The position numbers were made by a program, and so were the translations under genes. From Aquifex aeolicus VF5 (GTDB lineage Bacteria; Aquificota; Aquificia; Aquificales; Aquificaceae), in assembly GCF_000008625.1 (NCBI RefSeq), contig NC_000918.1:1110001-1142000 (forward strand): a DNA stretch of 32,000 nucleotides, given 5' to 3'. Positions 18,347-24,155 of the stretch are shown one piece after another (the first letter of the stretch is position 1; the number at the start of each line of letters is the position of its first letter). The notes below the pieces were generated by a model. It made no database searches, was not told the DNA's origin, and was given only the letters and a program-made list of their open reading frames with translations.

Positions 18347-18620
18347 CTCTTTCCTCCGTAATTTTGTACTTTTTCCAGACTCTATTATTAAGTATAACCT
18401 CAACTTCCCTAACGTCCTTCTCTACTTTTACCTTTTCCTTAACTATAACCTGCGGACACAGTTTACCTTTTTCTCTGCCGAGAAATACTTTGACTTTTTC
18501 GTTTTCTCTGGAAATCTTTTCCACGTAGTGACAGGGACTTGGCTTTTCTATTGTAAGAGTTTTATAAGCTCCCGAACACGCCATAACGCTTGATAAAAAT
18601 AAAAGCCCTAATTTATCCAT
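18336..18620 (-). CDS. Small putative lipoprotein (94 aa)
   Basis: A signal peptide with a lipobox-like SVMAC. It is the first gene of the minus-strand string and overlaps the hpf start by 11 nt. Confidence 0.5.
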   Translation of the reverse strand: MDKLGLLFLSSVMACSGAYKTLTIEKPSPCHYVEKISRENEKVKVFLGREKGKLCPQVIVKEKVKVEKDVREVEVILNNRVWKKYKITEERDEY

Positions 18621-18971
18621 AGGTTTATTTTAGAATTTTCTTTAAGGATTAACATTTCCTGATTAAGGTCATAAAATAATTTCAGGAATTGTGATATTCA
18701 TCTTTTTCAAGGGCTTAGAGAAAGGCCCTTATGGCTCCTTGGCAATTGAATAGGGCTTATGGGTCTTAATAAGTGATGCTTTAATGGTGTGATGAATTGA
18801 TATCATTATGCAATAAAGCTAAAGGGATTGAAAATTAAGGGCGAAAACTTTATAAAGGTATACTCAAGTTTGCAGAACCTCAGGTTAGCGGAAATTAACA
18901 TTCATTTCGTGAAGGTTAGAAGTTTAATAAGTTATTGATAAAGCGTTATTTTTTAGACACAGGCGCGCAGG
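18621..18971 (+). other. AT-rich non-coding region; putative CRISPR leader and/or promoter region for the divergent lipoprotein-hpf operon
   Basis: The track shows no ORF of 60 aa or more on either strand. The region is visibly AT-rich and ends exactly at the intact CRISPR-like repeat. Confidence 0.4.
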
Positions 18972-19067
18972 GTTTCTAATGTACCGTGTGGAGTTGAAAC
19001 AAAAACGGAGGAGAGAAATGAGCTACAGAATAGACATGTTCCTAATGGACGGATGTGGATGTGTTAC
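18972..19067 (+). CRISPR. Mini-CRISPR: 29-nt repeat, 37-nt spacer, degenerate 30-nt terminal repeat
   Basis: R1 is GTTTCTAATGTACCGTGTGGAGTTGAAAC (18972-19000). The spacer is AAAAACGGAGGAGAGAAATGAGCTACAGAATAGACAT (19001-19037). R2 is GTTCCTAATGGACGGATGTGGATGTGTTAC (19038-19067). 22 of 30 aligned columns are identical by eye. R1 has inverted termini GTTTC...GAAAC and a GTTGAAAC 3' end typical of type I/III repeats. Confidence 0.6.
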
Positions 19068-19089
19068 TTTTGTAAATAGTAGTAATAAA

Positions 19090-19827
19090 TCACTTATTTG
19101 ATAACTTTTTTAATGCTTCCCTCAATTCTCTCGTAAGTTCTTCGTCAACTTTAAAAACCTTTCCCTCTATCTCCGAGACTGGAACGACGAGAAGGAGTGA
19201 GTTCAGGATAAATACGCTCTCACACGAACTCAAAAAATCTAGTTTTATTTTCTCTTCTCTCACTTCAAGCTCTTCACAAAGAATATCCAGAGTAGTTCCC
19301 CACAGGAGTCCGCTCTCACGGGCAGGAGTGTAAAATCTCCCGTCTTTGTAAAGAAGTAAGTTCGCGGAGCTCGTTTCAGTTATGTATTCCTTTTCGTTTA
19401 AAATTACCGCGTCGTAGAATCCTTTAGCTTTTGCTTCTCTCTTTGTGTAAGTGTTTAAAAAGAAACTCGTGGTTTTGTGGTAGATTAAAGGATTTTTTGA
19501 ATGTTTCCTCACTTCGGAAATACAAAGTTTGACACTTTTGGGAATTTTTGGAAGTTCCCTTGTGTAGACTTTTATCTCATACTCTTCGGGAAGGTCGCCG
19601 TAGTAATCGCTTCCTCTGTAAGCCACTAAAAACTTCACGTAAAGCCCTTTTTTACCTTTGGTAGCCTCTTGTATTTCCCCTAAAAACTCCTTATAAGAGG
19701 GATAGGGAAATCCGAAAAAGTTTGCGGAGTTTTTTAACCTCTCGTAGTGTTTTCTTAGTTTATAATTCTCGCCTTCCCATAGTATAGTTTCAAAGAGTCC
19801 TTCTCCGTATTGCAATGTTCTATTCAC
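19090..19827 (-). CDS. pabC: Class-IV PLP enzyme, aminodeoxychorismate lyase-like
   Basis: The N-terminal YGEGLFETI motif of fold-type IV enzymes. The short length (245 aa) favours ADC lyase over branched-chain or D-amino-acid aminotransferase. Confidence 0.65.
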   Translation of the reverse strand: MNRTLQYGEGLFETILWEGENYKLRKHYERLKNSANFFGFPYPSYKEFLGEIQEATKGKKGLYVKFLVAYRGSDYYGDLPEEYEIKVYTRELPKIPKSVKLCISEVRKHSKNPLIYHKTTSFFLNTYTKREAKAKGFYDAVILNEKEYITETSSANLLLYKDGRFYTPARESGLLWGTTLDILCEELEVREEKIKLDFLSSCESVFILNSLLLVVPVSEIEGKVFKVDEELTRELREALKKLSNK

Positions 19828-20362
19828 TTTTTAGCTCCTCATCCATGTGTATGCGGGAAGGAACCACTCCCTTTTGTCCCTTGTACTTTCCGCTGTAAAC
19901 TCGCTCAGGCGGACGGTCAAGCCTTGCAAAAACGAGCTGGCATATCCTCATACCTCTGTAAAGTCTTATAGGTCTGTCGTTTGCGTTAAAGAGTTCTAAA
20001 GTAATCTGCCCTTCAAATCCAGCGTCAACCCAGCCCGCGTTCTCAATAAAGAGTCCGAGTCTTCCGAGAGAAGAACGTCCTTCAACGAAGGCGGTAACGT
20101 AAGGTGGAAGGCTTATATACTCAAGTGTGGTAGCAAGCAAAAACTGCTTTGGCATTATGTCAAAATACTCTTCAAACTCCAGTATCCTTACACCTTTTGT
20201 TCCTTTTTTTACGTCTATAACCCCCTCTCCTTCGTAAAGGGCTATCTGATTTCCGAGCCTTAAATCCAAGGAGGAACACTGAACGTGCGAAGGTTCGTAA
20301 GGTTCAACCTTTAATTCCCCTTTCTCTATCAGTTCCCTTATACTCCTGTCTGAGAGAATCAT
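19820..20362 (-). CDS. dcd: dCTP deaminase
   Basis: MILSDRSIRELIEKGELKVEP, SSLDLRLG, VEGRSSLGRLGL and AGWVDAGFEGQITLEL. The true start is ATG 20362 (181 aa). The track ORF's 74-aa N-terminal extension has no homology-like features. Confidence 0.9.
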   Translation of the reverse strand: MILSDRSIRELIEKGELKVEPYEPSHVQCSSLDLRLGNQIALYEGEGVIDVKKGTKGVRILEFEEYFDIMPKQFLLATTLEYISLPPYVTAFVEGRSSLGRLGLFIENAGWVDAGFEGQITLELFNANDRPIRLYRGMRICQLVFARLDRPPERVYSGKYKGQKGVVPSRIHMDEELKSE

Positions 20363-20377
20363 ATTAATACAATTATT

Positions 20378-20692
20378 ATGAGAGTAAAGTTCAGAATTGG
20401 CATAGAAAAGGAAGGGAAAAGACTCAAAAAGAAGGACCTTCAGGGAGTAAGAGATCCCCTCTACATAGGAATGAGGTATATTACCGAGTTCAAGTATCTG
20501 GAGGCAACGAAGTGGCTGCTTCTTGCGAAGGACTCTTACGAAAAGTATAAACTCCTTGCCCTTATAAATGAGGCTCTGGGACAAAATGAACAGGCAAGGG
20601 AATTTGAGGAGTTATCGGGGAAGTTTCCGAGAGTTACGGATCTTTCTTTCGTTATAGAAATTCCTGAAAAGAACTTCATTCAAAAGGTTTAA
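20378..20692 (+). CDS. Hypothetical protein (104 aa)
   Basis: The ORF starts 15 nt from the divergent dcd start. The composition is genome-typical. Its stop overlaps the stop of the convergent modA (TTAA). Confidence 0.45.
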   Translation: MRVKFRIGIEKEGKRLKKKDLQGVRDPLYIGMRYITEFKYLEATKWLLLAKDSYEKYKLLALINEALGQNEQAREFEELSGKFPRVTDLSFVIEIPEKNFIQKV

Positions 20693-21411
20693 GGAACCTC
20701 GTAGCCGTACTTTCTCAGAACTTCTTTCGCAAAAGGAGAACTCAGGAACTTTATAAACTCCCACGAGACTTTTTTATCTTTCCCGTGCTCCGTTATTACC
20801 GCGACGTTGTTTATTGGGGAGTAGAGCTTTGGATCAATCACGAGGTAATTTCCCTTCCCGTAAGGGATGACTAAAGATAGGGCTACAATCCCTATATCCG
20901 CTCCTTTGCTCACTACGTACTGAAAAGCTTGTGAAACGTTAGAACCGTAAACGAGTTTTTTGAGGACCTTTTTATAAAGTCCCGTGTTTTTTAGAAATTC
21001 CATCGCAGCTCTACCGTATGGAGCGTGTTTCGGGTTTGCAATAGCCACAGTCTTTACACGAGGTGAGAGTAAAACCTTGTAATCTTTTAGTTCTATATTT
21101 TTCATAGTAAAGAGTGTCAGTTTTCCCCTTGCAAAAATCGTGTAAGATGCTTTAACCGCCTTTTTACTTTCTATAAGCTTTTTTGGGTAAATCTCGTTTG
21201 CGGATATGAAAATGTCGTAAGGTGCCCCGTTTTTTATCTGTATAAAGAAATGCCCCGAAGCCCCGTAAGAGACTAAAACCCTGTTTCCCGTCCTTTTTTC
21301 AAACTCCTTTATTATAGGATTTAGGGCAAAGCGAAAACTTGAAGCACTTGCAACCCTTATGGTTTCGGAAAAGGAAAAGGCAACTATCAGGAGTAGTAAA
21401 AGTAATGTCAT
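20689..21411 (-). CDS. modA: Molybdate/tungstate ABC transporter periplasmic binding protein
   Basis: A signal peptide, then IRVASASS...VSYGASGHFFIQIKNGAPYDIFISAN...PKHAPYGRAA...GIV, which parallels E. coli ModA motifs (SSFASSG...GAPADLFISAD...PAG.YA). Confidence 0.8.
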   Translation of the reverse strand: MTLLLLLLIVAFSFSETIRVASASSFRFALNPIIKEFEKRTGNRVLVSYGASGHFFIQIKNGAPYDIFISANEIYPKKLIESKKAVKASYTIFARGKLTLFTMKNIELKDYKVLLSPRVKTVAIANPKHAPYGRAAMEFLKNTGLYKKVLKKLVYGSNVSQAFQYVVSKGADIGIVALSLVIPYGKGNYLVIDPKLYSPINNVAVITEHGKDKKVSWEFIKFLSSPFAKEVLRKYGYEVP

Positions 21412-22103
21412 AAAACACCTTCCTCCCTGAAGGAGAAGTACCTTCCTTCGGAGAGTATAAGGTGGTCAAGGAGTTCAAAACCGAGCAGTTCGCAGGCTTT
21501 TTTAAGTCTTTCCGTGAAGTTCAGATCCTCGTTTGAAGGACTTGGTTCACCTTGAGGGTGGTTGTGGGCTATTATTATACCGTTTGCGGAGAGTTTTACC
21601 GCTTTAAAGAGTATGTCTTTTGGCTTAGAAAATACCGTGTTTACGTTTCCTATTGCCACCACTTCCCAGTCAAGGAGTCTGTTGCTGAGATCCAGATAAA
21701 GAGCTATTAAACTCTCCCTCCTTTCGTCAAACTTGTCCTTGAGGAATTCAAAAGCTTCCTGCGGGTTCCTTATGGAAATTCTTGATTTCCCTCCCTTGAA
21801 ACGTTTTGAAAGTTCTACGAGAGCCTTTACCTGCAGGGCTTTTACGAGTCCCAGCCCCCTCACTTTCAACAATTCTTCAACGCTCTTTTTCTCAAGTTCT
21901 TCCCAGCCCATCTTTATCAACTCCTTTGAGAGACTAAGCACGTCCGCACCCTTGGAGCCCGAACCGAGGATTACGGCAAGGAGCTCCTCGTCCGATAAAT
22001 TTTCGGGACCGAGTTTTAAAAGTTTTTCTCTCGGTCTTAATTCCTCGGGAATTTCTTTTAACCTTTTGAAAGAGTAATTTACTCTATCCCTAGCCTGTCC
22101 CAT
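21408..22103 (-). CDS. radC: RadC-family JAB/MPN-domain protein
   Basis: The N-terminal PREKLLKLGPENLSDEELLAVILGSGSKG, the HhH LLKVRGLGLVKA, and the JAMM motif HNHPQGEPSPSNEDL. Confidence 0.85.
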   Translation of the reverse strand: MGQARDRVNYSFKRLKEIPEELRPREKLLKLGPENLSDEELLAVILGSGSKGADVLSLSKELIKMGWEELEKKSVEELLKVRGLGLVKALQVKALVELSKRFKGGKSRISIRNPQEAFEFLKDKFDERRESLIALYLDLSNRLLDWEVVAIGNVNTVFSKPKDILFKAVKLSANGIIIAHNHPQGEPSPSNEDLNFTERLKKACELLGFELLDHLILSEGRYFSFREEGVL

Positions 22104-23539
22104 ATCTCGTCTATCCTCTTTTTAACTTCGGGAGACATCTCTATTACCTCGGGCCACTCCCTCGTGTAGCCTTCCTCCTTCCACTTGGTCGTGGCGTCAA
22201 TAATCATTTTACCCCCGAAGCCAACTTCGTTAGTGGCGTGGTCAAGGACGTCTATGGGACCTTTTAGGATGAGGACGTCCCTTTGTGGATCAACGTTGTT
22301 CCCCCAAGCCCAGAGAACCTCTCCTATGTCCTGAACGTTTATCCAGTCGTCAAAAACGACTATGTGTTTTTCCAGGGACATAAGTCCGAGTCCGAGAAGT
22401 GCGTAGGCTACCTTAAAGGCGTGCCCGGGATAGCGTTTCTTAATTGAGACAAAACAGAAGTTATGAAAGCACCCTTCGGCGGGAAGGTGATAATCCACAA
22501 CTTCTGGAAGATTGAACTTTATTAAGGGGAGGAAAATCCTTTCCGTAGCCCAGCCCAAGTATTTATCTTCCTGAGGAGGTCTCCCGACTATAGTGGTGAG
22601 GTATATAGGGTCCTTTCTCATCACTATTGCGGTCACGTGCATTTGGGGATACTTGTCAACGGGGGTGTAAAAGCCCGTGTGGTCCCCGAAAGGTCCTTCA
22701 TCAACCAAAGGTTCTTCAGGGTCAACGTATCCCTCTATCGCTATTTCCGCGTTTGCGGGATACTCAAGGTCAACGGTGAGCCCCTTCACGAGTTCCACGG
22801 GTCTTTCCATAATAATTCCTGCAAATAGGTACTCGTCCACTTCGGGAGGAAGCGGTGCGGAAGCCACGTAAGGGAGTGGGGGTTCTCCGCCTATCGCTAT
22901 AGCAACTTCCAGCTTTTTCCCGAGCCTCTTTGCCTTCCAGTAGTGGTGGTTTCCGTCCTTGTGTATCTGCCAGTGAACCGCGAGTTTGTCCTTGTCCAAA
23001 ACCTGAAGCCTGTAGAGTCCCACGTTCCTTATACCGCTTTCGGGATCCTTGGTTATCACTTGCCCGAAGGTTATGTACCTACCTCCGTCCTTTGGCCAGC
23101 ACTTGAGAATGGGAAGATCCTCTAAGTTTATATCTCCCATTATTACTTCTTCCTGAACCTTTCCCCTTTTAACTACTTTGGGTATGGCGTCGTTTAGTTT
23201 TTTGAGTTCTGGAAGTTTTTTTATCTTTTCGAGGAAGGTTTTTGGAACTTCGGGTTTTAAAATTCTGTAGAGTTTCCAGCCTATGTCCTCGAGGTTCTCG
23301 TAACCCAAAGCCTTTTTAATTCTTTTCTCCGAACCGTAGAGGTTCGTAAGAACCGGGATTCTGTAGCCTTTTGGATTTTCAAAGAGGAGGGCTTTCCCGC
23401 CCCCTGGCATTTTGCAGACGCGGTCCGTGACTTCCGTGATCTCAAGTATGGGAGACAGGGGCTCTTTTATCCTTACTAGTTCTCCTTCCTTTTCAAGATC
23501 CTTGATAAAGTCATGAAGATCCCTGTACTTGTAGCCCAT
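22079..23539 (-). CDS. ubiD: UbiD-family (prenyl-FMN-dependent) aromatic decarboxylase
   Basis: 486 aa. The N-terminal DLHDFIKDLEKEGELVRIKEP and the overall length and architecture are typical of UbiD. No ubiX is adjacent. Confidence 0.85.
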   Translation of the reverse strand: MGYKYRDLHDFIKDLEKEGELVRIKEPLSPILEITEVTDRVCKMPGGGKALLFENPKGYRIPVLTNLYGSEKRIKKALGYENLEDIGWKLYRILKPEVPKTFLEKIKKLPELKKLNDAIPKVVKRGKVQEEVIMGDINLEDLPILKCWPKDGGRYITFGQVITKDPESGIRNVGLYRLQVLDKDKLAVHWQIHKDGNHHYWKAKRLGKKLEVAIAIGGEPPLPYVASAPLPPEVDEYLFAGIIMERPVELVKGLTVDLEYPANAEIAIEGYVDPEEPLVDEGPFGDHTGFYTPVDKYPQMHVTAIVMRKDPIYLTTIVGRPPQEDKYLGWATERIFLPLIKFNLPEVVDYHLPAEGCFHNFCFVSIKKRYPGHAFKVAYALLGLGLMSLEKHIVVFDDWINVQDIGEVLWAWGNNVDPQRDVLILKGPIDVLDHATNEVGFGGKMIIDATTKWKEEGYTREWPEVIEMSPEVKKRIDEIWDRLGIE

Positions 23540-24155
23540 CTTTATTATGTTGCACGAGCCTTGAGAGGAATTCCATGATCTGCCCGTTCTTTATCCTGAA
23601 GCTGTCCTTGTTTGCTATGAGCCACGCGGTAGATTTTCCAACTTCTTCTATCACGATAAGACCGTTTTCTTTCAATGTCCTTCCCGTTTGAACGAGGTCC
23701 AGAATAAAGTCGGAAAGTCCTACAAGAGGAGCGAGCTCAACGGAGCCGTTTAGGTAGTATATGTCCGCCTTGACGCCTTTCTTTTTAAAAAACTCGTAAG
23801 CTATGTTCGGATACTTCGTCGCTACGCTGATGTGTGTGGAACTGAAGTACTTTTCTTCGCTTTCGGGCTTTCCCGCAACTGCTATTCTGCAAAAACCTAT
23901 TCCGAGGTCCATCAACCTGTAAACGCTCGGTTTCTTTTCAAGGTAAACGTCGTAACCGCACACACCTAAATCCGATACACCGCTTTCCACGTAAACGGGA
24001 ACATCCGAGGGTTTTACGAGAAAGAAGGTAATCCCTCCCTCTTCAAGTATGAGTTTTCTTCCCTCTTCTATTCTCTTTTCTATAATTCCCCTTTTTAATA
24101 AGAGATCTACCGTTTCTTCAAAGAGCCTCCCCTTGGGAAGTGCAACCTTTATCAT
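23511..24155 (-). CDS. hisG: ATP phosphoribosyltransferase, short (HisZ-dependent) form
   Basis: MIKVALPKGRL, LGVCGYDV, VATKYPNI and LNGSVELAPLVGLSDFILDLVQTGRTLKENGL; 214 aa. Confidence 0.85.
   Translation of the reverse strand: MIKVALPKGRLFEETVDLLLKRGIIEKRIEEGRKLILEEGGITFFLVKPSDVPVYVESGVSDLGVCGYDVYLEKKPSVYRLMDLGIGFCRIAVAGKPESEEKYFSSTHISVATKYPNIAYEFFKKKGVKADIYYLNGSVELAPLVGLSDFILDLVQTGRTLKENGLIVIEEVGKSTAWLIANKDSFRIKNGQIMEFLSRLVQHNKDGLQVQGSS

Noticed and set aside
18204-18593. 129-aa plus-strand ORF opposite hpf and the lipoprotein gene
   Set aside because: It is antisense to hpf, which has a strong SD and family motifs. Its F/L/S-rich translation is typical of the reverse frame.
18709-18730. 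Hairpin AAGGGC-N10-GCCCTT as an intrinsic terminator
   Set aside because: No T-tract follows it on either strand; the T-run precedes it on the plus strand. It also does not sit downstream of any gene end.
18868-18899. Possible third CRISPR repeat, GTTTGCAGAACCTCAGGTTAGCGGAAATTAAC, upstream of the intact repeat
   Set aside because: It shares only the GTTT...AAC ends. It lies 104 nt before R1, which does not fit the 66-nt period, and its internal identity is poor.
20363-20584. 74-codon N-terminal extension of the dcd ORF in the track
   Set aside because: dCTP deaminases begin at MILSDR... (about 180 aa). The extension has no homology-like features and would overlap the divergent 104-aa ORF.
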